This document shows, piece by piece, positions 40,176-53,814 of a DNA stretch of 64,000 nt. Within the stretch, counting starts at the first letter, position 1, and every line of letters starts with the position of its first letter. The notes beneath the pieces were generated by a model. That model was not told where the DNA came from. It searched no databases and saw only the letters and a program-made list of their open reading frames with translations. This DNA is from Octopus sinensis (taxonomy: Eukaryota). The translations under genes and the position numbers were made by a program. The stretch lies in the NCBI RefSeq assembly GCF_006345805.1, contig NC_043014.1, positions 5,952,001 to 6,016,000 of the forward strand, given 5' to 3'.

Positions 40176-40895
40176 TTAACCCTAGGTGTTCCTGCTGAGG
40201 ATGATTGCACCTGGCGCGTTTTTTTACTCGCTAAACTAAAATCAGAAACCAATTGGTCAGGAAACTAGATGGTAAAATATTTTTATTTTTCATTTCGTCC
40301 CTGTCGAATTTTTGTGGTTATAGAACCGATCTGTTCTTTCTAGTCTGTTGAATTCCTATGACGGGATTCCTCGTGTGTTTAAATATACACTGAATCATAT
40401 GACTAATATATAGTCTTTTGGACTAAATTTTTACGCGTTAGACCACTGGAAATGTAAATTTTAATTAATTTCCATTTCCCTTTGATATGATTAAATATTA
40501 TAAGTTTTTGGATAATTTTCGAGTTTAAAAGTTGACATTATTTTATTGCTGTCGTAGGACTGCGGCTGCGCAGTAGATTTTGAAAAAGTTAGGACGTATA
40601 AATAAGGGGCAGTTAGTTTGAGCGCCCCGTGTGTATACGTTTAACCCTAGGTGTTCCTGCTGAGGACGATTGCACCTTGCGAGTTCATTTACTCGCTAAA
40701 CTAAAATCAGAAACCAATTGGTCCAGGAAACTACAAGGTAAAATGTTTAGCGTGTTGAATTCCTATGACGGGATTCTTCACGTGTTTAAATATACACTGT
40801 ATCGTATGACTAATATATAGTTTTTTGAACTAAAGTTTTACACGTTAAACCACTAGAAAGGTAAATTTTATTTAATTTCCATTTCCCTTTGATAT
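40176..40895 (+). mobile_element. Two diverged tandem copies of a piggyBac-like left end
   Basis: Both start TTAA-CCCTAGGTGTTCCTG (40176 and 40641) and share ~250 bp. No right end found. Confidence 0.5.
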
Positions 40896-40940
40896 GATTA
40901 AATATATATATATATATATATATATAATTCCATACACACG

Positions 40941-40976
<36 letters not shown>

Positions 40977-41553
40977 GGTAAAACATTGGTTTATATATTA
41001 ATTCAATCTAAATACAGGAATTTATAATATAAATTAAACTTACATATATATACATGTACTCATACATACATGCATGTATATACCCTCACATGCATGTGCC
41101 AACTCAACCATACATTTTTAATAATAAAAAAATTATTATATATCTATAGATACATATGTACATATACATATATACATACAATGTCCTAAGCGGTTTAGAG
41201 CCACTTACATCATATACTAATTTTCGATACTTTCATTTATTTATTTATTTACACCAATCCGTATAGCGGTCTTAATAGACTGCCCTTTGTTTTCAAATTA
41301 TCTGTTAAAAGTCATCAGTATAGCTGCTTCTTAATTATAACCATTAAAAAAAAGAATCATTTATATCTAATATATCTATATTTATTTTTATGTAGACAAG
41401 AAATATTTTTTCATCCTTCAGATCAAGCAAAGGATGTGTAGCTATGAAAATAAATAATTTGTCATTCAAACAAAGAAGGCAATTCTTATTTCTTATATTT
41501 TAGCTTATTATTATAAAATCACTAAAATTCGTATTCTTATTTTTATTCTTTAA

Positions 41554-41859
41554 CCCCTTACCCAACAATTATTTTGAAAATAAATGTATTTTTTCAGACA
41601 TATTTTTTAATTGTTTTATTTTACTGTTTTGAATGGTGATTTCGAGGTATATTTCAGACCTTATTTATTATGAATTTTAATTCAATAATGTTGATTTTAA
41701 ATTACCGCTTTGGGCAGAAACGAGTTAACCCGTTTTTAGACGAAGAAACTCGTTTGCTGTCGATTTTGGCGAGTCTATCTTTTGACGAGTTAACTCGCCA
41801 GAGACAGAAAAAAACGATTTCGGTCAAAACGTATATATTCGTTTCTGCCGGGTAAGGGG
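41554..41859. mobile_element. piggyBac-type MITE (TTAA TSD)
   Basis: TTAA-CCCCTTACCC...GGGTAAGGGG-TTAA, 306 bp. Confidence 0.8.
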
Positions 41860-42359
41860 TTAAGTAGGTATTATATTTAATTTTATTCGGTTTCTTTATA
41901 TATCTTTATTACTAGTTTCAACATTATTTTCATATTATCATTATTATTATCAATTTTACTCACTCTATTTATATTATTATCTTTAATACACTGTACTTTA
42001 TTCGTATATCCTGCTTTATGTAAAACCAATTAACATTGGGCTTTATGTCTATTAAATATATCTTCATTATAATATAAATATGAACCCCTCTTACTAATTC
42101 ATAATTTTTTTTCAAATATGGTTCCTCTATTCCAGACAATAAATCACAGTTCGTAATTGAATTATATTATTTTTCTATAGTTGAAGATAGTCCAAATCTT
42201 TTTAAAGACATTAACTAACGGTTTTTCTAATAAGTTCTAGGCGTCTAAATTTGATTTATGTTATAAATTCTTTTATTTAGATTTGAATTAACATATAAAC
42301 TAATATTTTGGCATAAATATATAAAAATGATATATGGAGTTGTATATGTATACATGTTG

Positions 42360-42390
<31 letters not shown>

Positions 42391-42409
42391 TATATAATTC
42401 CATACACAC

Positions 42410-42447
<38 letters not shown>

Positions 42448-43024
42448 TAAAACATTGGTTTATATATTAATTCAATCTAAATACAGGAATTTATAATATA
42501 AATTAAACTTACATATATATACATGTACTCATACATACATGCATGTATATACCCTCACATGCATGTGCCAACTCAACCATACATTTTTAATAATAAAAAA
42601 ATTATTATATATCTATAGATACATATGTACATATACATATATACATACAATGTCCTAAGCGGTTTAGAGCCACTTACATCATATACTAATTTTCGATACT
42701 TTCATTTATTTATTTATTTACACCAATCCGTATAGCGGTCTTAATAGACTGCCCTTTGTTTTCAAATTATCTGTTAAAAGTCATCAGTATAGCTGCTTCT
42801 TAATTATAACCATTAAAAAAAAGAATCATTTATATCTAATATATCTATATTTATTTTTATGTAGACAAGAAATATTTTTTCATCCTTCAGATCAAGCAAA
42901 GGATGTGTAGCTATGAAAATAAATAATTTGTCATTCAAACAAAGAAGGCAATTCTTATTTCTTATATTTTAGCTTTATTATTATTAAAATCACTAAAATT
43001 CGTATTCTTATTTTTATTCTTTAA

Positions 43025-43330
43025 CCCCTTACCCAACAATTATTTTGAAAATAAATGTATTTTTTCAGACATATTTTTTAATTGTTTTATTTTACTGTTT
43101 TGAATGGTGATTTCGAGGTATATTTCAGACCTTATTTATTATGAATTTTAATTCAATAATGTTGATTTTAAATTACCGCTTTGGGCAGAAACGAGTTAAC
43201 CCGTTTTTAGACGAAGAAACTCGTTTGCTGTCGATTTTGGCGAGTCTATCTTTTGACGAGTTAACTCGCCAGAGACAGAAAAAAACGATTTCGGTCAAAA
43301 CGTATATATTCGTTTCTGCCGGGTAAGGGG
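43025..43330. mobile_element. piggyBac-type MITE, second copy within the duplication
   Basis: Same TIRs and TTAA flanks. Confidence 0.8.
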
Positions 43331-43827
43331 TTAAGTAGGTATTATATTTAATTTTATTCGGTTTCTTTATATATCTTTATTACTAGTTTCAACATTATTT
43401 TCATATTATCATTATTATTATCAATTTTACTCACTCTATTTATATTATTATCTTTAATACACTGTACTTTATTCGTATATCCTGCTTTATGTAAAACCAA
43501 TTAACATTGGCTTTATGTCTATTAAATATATCTTCATTATAATATAAATATGAACCCCTCTTACTAATTCATAATTTTTTTTCAAATATGGTTCCTCTAT
43601 TCCAGACAATAAATCACAGTTCGTAATTGAATTATATTATTTTTCTATAGTTGAAGATAGTCCAAATCTTTTTAAAGACATTAACTAACGGTTTTTCTAA
43701 TAAGTTCTAGGCGTCTAAATTTGATTTATGTTATAAATTCTTTTATTTAGATTTGAATTAACATATAAACTAATATTTTGGCATAAATATATAAAAATGA
43801 TATATGGAGTTGTATATGTATACATGT

Positions 43828-43879
<52 letters not shown>

Positions 43880-43983
43880 ATATATGAATAATTAAACGTG
43901 TGTATGTGAATATGCATGCCTTTAGTACGTGCACGTGTATGTATATGTCCAAAAATGGAGACGTGTACATGTATATATGTGTG

Positions 43984-44028
<45 letters not shown>

Positions 44029-44062
44029 TATATATATATATATAATATATATATATATATAT

Positions 44063-44108
<46 letters not shown>

Positions 44109-44138
44109 TTATATTATATATATATATTATATATATAT

Positions 44139-44262
44139 TGTGTAATAAGATAAAAACCCAAGGCTGTATAGATATTAGAGCATTTATAGATAGCTGTAAG
44201 ACCTTCTATCTATAAATGGTCTGTTATCTATACAGCCTGGGTCTTTTTTATCTCATTACGCA
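44139..44262. repeat. Palindromic MITE-like element, ~56-bp arms
   Basis: tgtgtaataagataaaaacccaaggctgtatagat...atttatagatag / ctatctataaat...atctatacagcctggg...atctcattacgca. Confidence 0.8.
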
Positions 44263-44412
44263 AAAAATTCTTATATACACACGGTGACATAGAATCAACG
44301 TTGAACCCTTTATTAGCAATATTACCGAATCTGGAACTGAACTATGGTCTGTCTATAACACTTATTCAGCAGTACCTGACACCTTTGGGTCTCAATGACA
44401 CCATTATCTCTG

Positions 44413-44479
<67 letters not shown>

Positions 44480-44714
44480 ATATATAATAAAATATTAGGG
44501 AATAAATCCAAACTTATAGGAAAAATCAGATTTAGGATTAAATCCAATTTTATATATATAATATATTATTTATATTATATTATATTAAATTAGAGATAAA
44601 ACCACTATTAGGCAAATCAAACAGTGAAAAACATAAGCCAATACATAAAATTAATCTAATTTATATTATTTTAAATATATATCAAAAGTATTAAAGTTTA
44701 ATAAAAGATAAAGA

Positions 44715-44759
<45 letters not shown>

Positions 44760-44762
44760 TTG

Positions 44763-44989
44763 TTAGGAGAGGAGGAAACAAATTGAAAGGCCGATGTATA
44801 TATATTTCAATCCATATTATCGAAATTTTCCATAATATAGAAGGTACATGCATAGATGCATTCAACTATATCATATATTAAAATTTCTAAGAATTTATGT
44901 ATATACCTCGTATACTATGGAGAATTTAGTTAATTTCGCTTGAATTAATATATACATCGGTCTTTGAATTTGATTTCTCCTCTCCTTAA
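44763..44989. repeat. Degenerate fold-back element, ~95-bp arms
   Basis: ttaggagaggagg...ccgatgtatatat...ttccataatata versus tatactatggag...atatatacatcgg...ctcctctccttaa. Confidence 0.75.
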
Positions 44990-44999
44990 TTTTATATTC

Positions 45000-45470
45000 T
45001 TGAAGCTCTGACAGAGCGCTACTCGGGCGAGCTGTATAAAGTGGATATTTATATCACTTATTTTTTCATTCGCCGCGAGAACATCGTATTCTTCGTCTGC
45101 CGAAAAAGGCATTTTTTTCCAAATACGCCAGCTAAACTACGTTGTACTGTCTATAGTCGTAAGACACCCGCTGTTTTTCTCCTGTTATTACTATTATTGC
45201 TTTTTGTATTTATATTCGTATGGCATCATCCGTTTTTCTGTCCCTGTTTCGTATACATTCGATCCTTTTTCCAAGAAATCTAATGCTCGTAGCTTAGTTT
45301 TTCCTTGGAGCTGGCCGGATCGGAACGATCTCAAGATTAATCAGCCGAAATTGCGTAGATGATCCGGTTCTTGACTGAAGATTGAAGGCTTCGAATGTCC
45401 AGTCCGTGTTGTTTGTATCGTCTTCTAAATGTTTTGCGTTCTTGTCCCAGTTTGTATTTTTTTACATATA
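45000..45470. repeat. Dispersed repeat, homologous to 8790-9290
   Basis: Shared core as described for 8790-9290. Confidence 0.75.
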
Positions 45471-45474
45471 CATA

Positions 45475-45559
<85 letters not shown>

Positions 45560-45762
45560 AAATAAGAAAATGGAGAAATACATCTAAATCAATTATCAAC
45601 TACCAGATAATACCCAATCACATACTTTATTAAACCACTACATAAGAACATTATGGTCAAACATAAAAATATATAACAAAACAGTGTACATGAAGGAGTA
45701 ATACAATACAATAAGTACAATAATTACAAGAGGATATAAATAAATAAATATAAATATACACT

Positions 45763-45892
45763 ACATCTTACAGCTGTTTCGGCCATGCAGATAAGCATGT
45801 CTCATTTTACCTATATTAGCCATGTGTAGTAGGTCAATATGAAGTTATAAATGAGACATTTACAAAAATATCCAAAGGCCTCTTCGGAGATT
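45763..45892 (-). ncRNA. Degenerate type I hammerhead motif
   Basis: Minus strand: AUCU, CCGAAGA (U4 to C), GGCC...GGCC stem II with a ~90-nt loop, GAAAC-AGCU-GUA, then AGAU completing stem I. Confidence 0.55.
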
Positions 45893-46630
45893 CTGAAGTG
45901 CAAACCAAATTACATATATACTCATATAAGTGTGGGTACATACCCATAATAAATCATATACATATACATATGAGTGCATATACTCATACTCTTATACATA
46001 CACATATACATATACATAATAATAATATAAATAATATAAATCAATAAACATATATATGATCCATATTCAATGTTACAATTTTTCAACTCAATATTAAGAT
46101 ATTACAACTTAGAGAACATACACATATACATACTTAAATGCAGATATACAGAGTCAATAGAACATTATATTAATTTATATTAATTTACAAAATGTCATTA
46201 ATGTTAACATCAATACTATTATCAATATCACTAATGCTACCAATATCCTTATTCCCATTACTAATAACACCAATACTACTAAAACAATATATATATCACA
46301 TTATTAGCAATATAGTAGCAAAACTAAGGACCAACATAATACCACAGTATTATGCAAAGCATTAAATATCTGCACATACATACAAAATAAGCAGTCAAGC
46401 CATTCGGTTTACATGGTATTAATTTCCACAAATGCGTAGATGTACATACGATTGTAAATTAATAATTTCAATTGAGACACCAATATAGTATTAAGTTCCG
46501 AAATAGTTACGAAACGAGCGCCAGAATTTGATTGGCTTATACTTTTAAATTTAAATTACAATTGTCTTTTTTACGGTTGGTTTGTTGAGAAACATCCACA
46601 CGCGCACACTTGCAAACGTGCGCACATACG

Positions 46631-46664
<34 letters not shown>

Positions 46665-46672
46665 ATATATAT

Positions 46673-46713
<41 letters not shown>

Positions 46714-46744
46714 TTGTCTATAAGAATATGTGTATTATGCAACG

Positions 46745-47260
46745 AAATCGGTTATAGATTTCACTCCACAATACAATCCGAAAGCTGGGGATTGAGAGTA
46801 TCCTAATCCCACCTGTGCAGACATTGTTGGCACCACAGTTGCGTAGTGGAGCTTCAAGCCTATATCCAAGTGTACGCTATCGGAGAAAGGAAATTTTGTA
46901 GAGGAGACACCGATTATATCTTACAGGCAGATTATATCTAACAATTTTGACGTTTTAATTCTCAATTATTAAAGGTTGTTCCCTTCTTGATCTGCTTTGG
47001 TTTCCTGAGACCGTCAATTTGGTGCTCCAACCCCACGCACCCCAGATTAAGTTGCAGGCTTCTTGCTGGTTGCACCTGTATTGGGTGGGGTGTGCTATAC
47101 ATTTATCGAACGGGATCCTCTACTCGAGATCCGGATGCGATGTCTTTTAACTAAATCGACAAATGATGCGGTATGGTTGTTATTTTCATATTGTAGTTAT
47201 GATGGCCTTATTTGCGCCGAGCTCCAAACTGATATTTGTAATTAACCGATGACTATTCGC
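46745..47260 (-). mobile_element. Truncated RTE remnant carried by gene copy 3
   Basis: Reverse complement of ~610-1090 and highly similar to it (ORFs 610-792 and 47063-47245 are nearly identical). Confidence 0.85.
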
Positions 47261-47663
47261 ATCAGGTGCCAAAAATTGATAATATTGTATACGTATATAT
47301 TAAAAAAGAATTTTAACATTATTCTTTTGAGAAATATATATACTCACATCCAAGTTTTCGTACATGTATACATTCATTCATAGGGGAGATAAAATACACA
47401 TTCTAATATTCTGAAATAAATTTCTCAAATCTTTGACATCAACGTCAACAGTAGGCTCAATAGACACGTAACTTTGTTCTTCCTTTACAATTTATTCTTA
47501 TCCTTTACATCTGACATTCTGACTTTCATTCACACTTTCTTTCTCTCTTAAATTCTATATTTCTCATTTCTCTATCAATTCCTTCCCATCCGACAACTTA
47601 CTTCGTAGATGATTCACTAATTCTTATTTTTTTAAGCGACATTGTTTGATTTTAATTTCAAAG

Positions 47664-49814
47664 AACCCGGTCTCGGATCACTGTATACCCGGTGGGGCAG
47701 AACAACTTGTCCTCTTTATTCAAACCTTGTATATGACGGTTAGTATACTCTATATTTCTTTCCTCTCTTTCTCTTTCACTTTTTCTGTTTCTCTCATTCT
47801 CTCTTTGTGTCGTCTCCTTTCTCTTTCTACCTATCTCTCACGCACACACACACGCACACACACACACACACACACACTCAATCTTTTCCAGTTTGTTTGA
47901 TATAAACATACACAAACCATCTTATGATATATTGCGTTTCAAACGTCTATACCTGCAGACTATACAAACACTACACAAGACTGCTTACTCCTTTGTAGGT
48001 ATTTGGTCAAATCAGAATATTATATGTTGTCTGCTACGGACCAAGTGAAAAGGATGTTGTCTAACCACAGAATATAGATATCTCTAAGTTAAATTACAGA
48101 CAAGGGCTGGACTGAAAACCACCATGGCGATCAAGAATTTCAGGCTGACCAGCTTTGGATTGTAGATATCAAATACCGAGGCTGCTAACTGGTGATCAAT
48201 TGTACTGGCTACGGATGGTGGTATTGTACGTGAGTGACCAGAGCTGAAAAGTGGCCACTTGACTATCATTAACTAGAGTGCCCAGTGATCGTAGGTGTGG
48301 GCTAAATTGAAGAGTCTATTAGAATTGATGACAGTGACTGTAAATTATTAATGAAATGAACGCAGAATGTACGATGTGGACTGGACAAGCCACATACTGT
48401 AACTGATGGAAAAAGCTAACTAAGGGCTGTATTTATTAAGTAAAATATAGAGAGACTAATTATTAGTGAGAAAACACAACTGAGTGCATATTGCACTTCT
48501 ATTCTTCTCCGCCTCACCGAAATCGTCCTATCGCTAAAACCTTGCTCTTTTCATGAACCACATCACCTCATTAATTATCCAGTATATCTTCCGAGACTTC
48601 CAATTCAAATCTGCTGCTTCCAACGGCTTACCCAATCAACCTCACAATGCTCTGAATCTGTTCTCTATAAACCCTACACATATCCTTTATCGGTTGCCCA
48701 CTCCGTCGTCCATTCATCTTAAGAACTACGCCATCACTGAACCTCACAATTTTTTCTCCCACCTCGTTCATGCATTGCATGAAATGAAGTCTGTGTGATC
48801 CTAAAGTGTATGTACACCTGACTGGTCCGAGGCCAACCGATAGGTTTAGCCACCCACGCCCATTTGGTCGACAAAACAACATTTCATCACCGGTCATACA
48901 CCAGTTCTCTGCATCTTGCCCTCTCTCGTATTGTCTTACTCAAACCATGTGCAGTTTCCACTACCAAAAATATCCCCGTTCAAACGTGAACGTCTTTTCC
49001 ATTTCGAGAAAACACGGCGACATGCACTACAAAACCGATTTCCTTTCTCCATCTACTAACATCACACACAAACCTCTACCCCATGCAATACACATCCCAA
49101 CCACAAATACCTACCCGTATACACACAACATATATACATGAGGAGAAGACAAACGCACGGCTGCGAACTGATGCGCACTCCCATACAGCAATACACAGCT
49201 TACACTCACATAAACACTAACACATACACCACCATTCGTTCACACGCGAGGATAAGATAACTTGTTATCAATGTTTCCGTTATTTCATATTTAGCATTCT
49301 TAATATCTTTTTTACTTGATATATACTTATCTATTCTACGTGTGACCAAACAAGTGGAGGAAGTAATCTCTTGTGTTTACCTAACGATCCTATTTGGGCC
49401 AATTATACTACAACAGACGAAAAAAGTGGTTACATTTATGGCAGTGAATATCAACTGGAATTATACCCCAAACTAATTTCTTTCTTGCTAACGCTAAATC
49501 ACTCATGATCACAACGTTCCGTGCGCTGTCTGTTTGACACGACAACCTTCTGTTGTTATGATGTTACCAGCCAGGACAAAGTGTTACGCTGGTTGGACAG
49601 CTGAGTATTCAGGATATTTGATGACCGCACGTCATGAACATAAAGGCAGACATGAATATGTTGTGTGGATTATGCACCAGAAGCTGATCCAGCAGGTTAC
49701 AGAAACGAAAATGGAGCTCTATTATATTTCGTTCAGGCTGCTTGTGGTTCATTGCCATGTCCACCGTATGTCGATGGTCAAGAATTAACCTGCGTTGTTT
49801 CCAGTAAATATTGA
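47664..49814 (+). pseudogene. Short-chain collagen C4-like pseudogene, copy 3
   Basis: Intact 75-nt exon at 47664-47738. The last exon (~49330-49814) has its acceptor changed from AG to AC, a 5' deletion and frameshifts. No exon 1 or exon 2 found upstream. Confidence 0.85.
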
Positions 49815-50376
49815 ATAGAAATTAAATTTACTACTATATGTGTGAATTACAATAAATAATATAAAATTTTAATTGCGTTACCTAATATTTTCCTTAATAT
49901 ACGCCCATTGTTAAAATAAAATGTATTAGTTTTCAGAAAATATTCAAAACTAAAATAAAATATTTCGTTTAACAGTATTTCGTCTTCTGTCTCATGATTC
50001 AGCAAATCCCCAAATAAAGTACCAGCATAGAATTATATCAGCTTCTTTTTGACAGCCTTAGAAAATCTAATACTTGACGCTACTTTCTCAGACATCTCAG
50101 TTTTCAAATTACAATTCGGATTCTGACAAGGACCATGAACCATCGCATTACATAGCACAGAAAATACATGATCGCTTCAACAACATACCATTCTATTTGC
50201 CATTAATAATCAGCAAAGTCTTCCACTCCATTCCTACCTCTCATCTATTTAAGATATTCATCATCTCCTTTAGAAATATCACAAAATTTTCACTGTAAGG
50301 TTTATGGAATTTACATGAACTTTCAGAAAGCAGGAGAATAAGTATTGGTCCTCCCAACATGTATATATACCACAAC

Positions 50377-51000
50377 CAGTGGTGTGGCTAGGATAAATGG
50401 TGCCCAGGGCAAAGCCGAGATTTGTGCCCCACTCAGTTTCCAAACCTAACCTATCCGACCCATTTTTAAGAGAAAACAAAACAGTTGTCTACTCAGAAAG
50501 TATTCGTAAAATTTATTTATGGAGCTAGTAGACATTGACTATTTTGAAAGAGTGCCCTTCTAGCTTTCATCGATGCAAAGTTGCCAATGATACAATCAAA
50601 ATTGGTGCTCTGCACTTGTTTTCGCTCGATGCTCAGCAATGCGAGGTCACGGAGTCTTCCATGTGTCATAGAAGCTCTCAGGAAGGATATGATCAGGTTC
50701 AGCGTGCCGAAGGATCTCGCAGCCAGCAATGGAAACACTACTGTCAGCAGAATCTGTATCTCAACACGAAGGTTAGGGAACACACTTTCATCTCCATATT
50801 GGACGATAAATTGGAGAAGCTCCTCAGGATTTGATATTTGGAGGTGTTCGCGACCTGAAAGTAGCATTCTGCAATCGAGGATTTCTTCGAAAATTCGGTT
50901 GCATCGATATCGTTGCTGTAGACCTTCCAAAGATATTGCAATGTGTCCGGAAATCACTAACGGAACTCATTCAAAAAAGGAAGGTGTTTGGAGACGTTAG
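50377..51000 (-). mobile_element. hAT transposon 3' remnant with TIR
   Basis: Dimerisation domain FPNLRVEIQILLT...RSF..LNLIISFLRASM...RLRDLALLSIER. CAGTGGTGTGGCTAG terminus at 50377. Confidence 0.85.
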
Positions 51001-51049
51001 GTTGAGTGGCAAAAGAGAGAACCTACCACACGCCCATATACTCATTTAG

Positions 51050-52016
51050 CTCTCAACGAGAGTATTATTTCTGCAGAGCTCTCTGACCAAAATTTGGACA
51101 GAGACCTCTACGATATAGTGAGAGCGCACTGTGAACGGATTATGTGGAAGTGGGTTAGTATGACGTCGCCATGCCTTTAAAAAAAACAGGTGCAGCAAGA
51201 GGTATCCAAGAAATTTTCTCCGTCGCTGGAAGGCCAGCAGATAGAAGACTTATTGCGAAAATTGGTAAACATGACGTCGACAACAGGGGGATTGTCCCCT
51301 ACTGCCCCCTTCTAGTTAAAGTATTCAATACCCATATCAGCGTTAAATATTGTAACTCCGTCAAGTCGATAAAGTAGGTCTGCAAGTACGTGAAAAAGGG
51401 GTCAGATGCTGCGTCAGACGCTGCGGCATGGAAGACGATGTATTCATATCTAGAATACTTCTTACTCCATTAGATAAGGAATTTCCCTGCCCGCTGCGCC
51501 GACTTGTTCCCTCTTCGACTTTGCTTCTCCATTTCAATCAATAAGTCCCAAGGCCAAACCTTAACTACGGCAGGCCTCCATTTTGGCGGGCCATGTTTCT
51601 CTCATGGCGAGTTATATGTCGGATGCTCCAGAATTGGAAATAAACAAAATATATTCGTACATGCCCCAAATGACAAAACAAAAAACGTGGTCTACAGAGA
51701 GGTATTGTAGGCACTTCACGCTCTTCAGGGCTTCTTATCAAATTGTTGCCGTTTTGAGAACGACAAAAAAATCCCTTTTCATGGCTACATCATCCGTGAT
51801 TTTTACACCATCTGAGAACACATTAAAGCTCTTCTAGGACCTCGTATCAATTGCTACCGCTTATCTTAGCGGTACCAGGCAACCAATTTTGTTACAATTT
51901 TGATACAATAAGCGTATCAATTATGTTACAATTTGCTGTTAACGTTATTTATGACATAGGAGGTTTATTAAGTATCAAAAACAATCCTCCTGAGCAACTC
52001 CGGGTACTTCTGCTAG
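51050..52016 (+). mobile_element. Internally deleted Helitron (Rep and PIF1 helicase fragments, 3' end)
   Basis: IVPYCPLL.KVFNTHISVKYCNSVKSIK and FPLRLCFSISINKSQGQT...FSHGELYVGCSR. 3' hairpin cctgagcaactccggg and CTAG at 52013-16. Confidence 0.85.
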
Positions 52017-52167
52017 TAAAATATAAGACGGCAAGTTTGAATACAGTAAAATCAACTTATTTACATAACAGTCGATTACAGAATTATTCTCTCAGGATTA
52101 TTCTTACGTAAATAAGTTGATTTTAGTGTATTCAAACGCTCTATTTTCTTTATATTATACTATATAT

Positions 52168-52581
52168 TACTCTTTTACTCTTTTACTTGTTTCAGTCATT
52201 TGACTGCCGTCATGCTGGAGCACCGCCTTTAGTCGAGCAAATCGACCCCGGGACTTATTCTTTGTAAGCCCAGTACTTATTCTATCGGCCTCTTTTGCCG
52301 AACCGCTAAGTGACGGGGATGTAAACACACCAGCATTGGTTGTCAAGCAATGCTAGGGGGACAAATACAGACACACAAACACATACACACACATACATAT
52401 ATATATATACATATATAAGACAGGCTTCTTTCAGTTTCCGTCTACCAAATCGACTCACAAGGCATTGGTCGGCCCGAGGCTATAGTAGAAGACACTTGCC
52501 CAAGGTGCCACGCAGTGGGACTGAACCCAGAAACATGTGGTTGGTTAGCAAGCTACTTACCACACAGCCACTCCTGCGCCT
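52168..52581 (-). mobile_element. tRNA-derived SINE (family B)
   Basis: Head aggcgcaggagtggctgtgtgg with B box gggttcagtcc and a (aaagagt)n tail. Confidence 0.9.
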
Positions 52582-52651
52582 ATATGTATGTATATATATA
52601 TATATGTGTATATATATATATATAATATAGATATATATATATATATGTATG

Positions 52652-52718
<67 letters not shown>

Positions 52719-52722
<4 letters not shown>

Positions 52723-52779
52723 TGTTGTATTTAGGAATGGTCATTTTGCCAGTTTAGCCTTTCCTAAATACAACAATAT
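52719..52779. repeat. 19-bp perfect inverted repeat
   Basis: atattgttgtatttaggaa (52719-37) / ttcctaaatacaacaatat (52761-79). Confidence 0.9.
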
Positions 52780-52859
52780 CTGTTTCAACACACGATTTCA
52801 CATCAAAATTCTTGCAAAACAAATATATATATATTGGCGCAAAACAAATATATATTTAT

Positions 52860-53273
52860 AGGCGCAGGAGTGGCTGTGTGGTAAGTAGCTTGCTAACCAA
52901 CCACATGGTTCCGGGTTCAGTCCCACTGCGTGGCACCTTGGGCAAGTGTCTTCTGCTATAGCCCCGGGCCGTCCAATGCCTTGTGAGTGGATTTGGTAGA
53001 CGGAAACTGAAAGAAGCCTGTCGTATATATGTATATATATATATGTGTGTGTGTTTTTGTGTGTCTGTGATTTGTCCCCCTAGCATTGCCTGACAACCGA
53101 TGCTGGTGTGTTTACGTCCCCGTTACTTAGCTGTTCGGCAAAAGAGACCGATAGAATAAGTACTGGGCTTACGAAGAATAAGTTCCGGGGTCGATTTGCT
53201 CGACTAAAGGCGGTGCTCCAGCATGGCCGCAGTCAGATGACTGAAACAAGTAAAAGAGTAAAAGAGTAAAAGA

Positions 53274-53275
<2 letters not shown>
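52860..53275 (+). mobile_element. tRNA-derived SINE (family B), inverted relative to 52168-52581
   Basis: Full head, body and gtaaaaga tail. Confidence 0.9.
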
Positions 53276-53343
<68 letters not shown>

Positions 53344-53370
53344 GATATATATATATACATATATATATCA

Positions 53371-53667
53371 CCGTGATCACCGTGACCGACCAGGCTATCA
53401 GATGTTGGTCACAATGCGCTTCGCATTGTTTTAGCCATCAAGTCACGCCACCCCGCTGGCTAAGCGAGCAGGCCAACAGAAGAAAGAGTGTGAGAAAGTT
53501 GTGGCGAAAGAGTACAGCAGGGATCGCCACCACCCCCTGCCGGAGCCTCGTGGAGCTTTTAGGTGTTTTCACTCAATAAACACTCACAACGCCCGGTCTG
53601 GGAATCGAAACCACGATCCCACGACCGCGAGTTCGCTGCCCTAACCACTGGGACATCGCGCCTCCAC
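53371..53667 (-). mobile_element. tRNA-derived SINE (family A)
   Basis: Homologous to 3821-4124. Confidence 0.85.
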
Positions 53668-53709
53668 ACACACACACACACACATACATACATATATATA
53701 TATATATAA

Positions 53710-53811
<102 letters not shown>

Positions 53812-53814
53812 CAT

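Larger units (their letters stand above)
40905..43850. repeat. Near-identical tandem duplication, unit ~1471 bp
   Basis: Identical 61-aa ORFs at 41670 and 43141 (offset 1471). Junctions lie in (AT)n and differences are mostly homopolymer indels. Confidence 0.95.
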
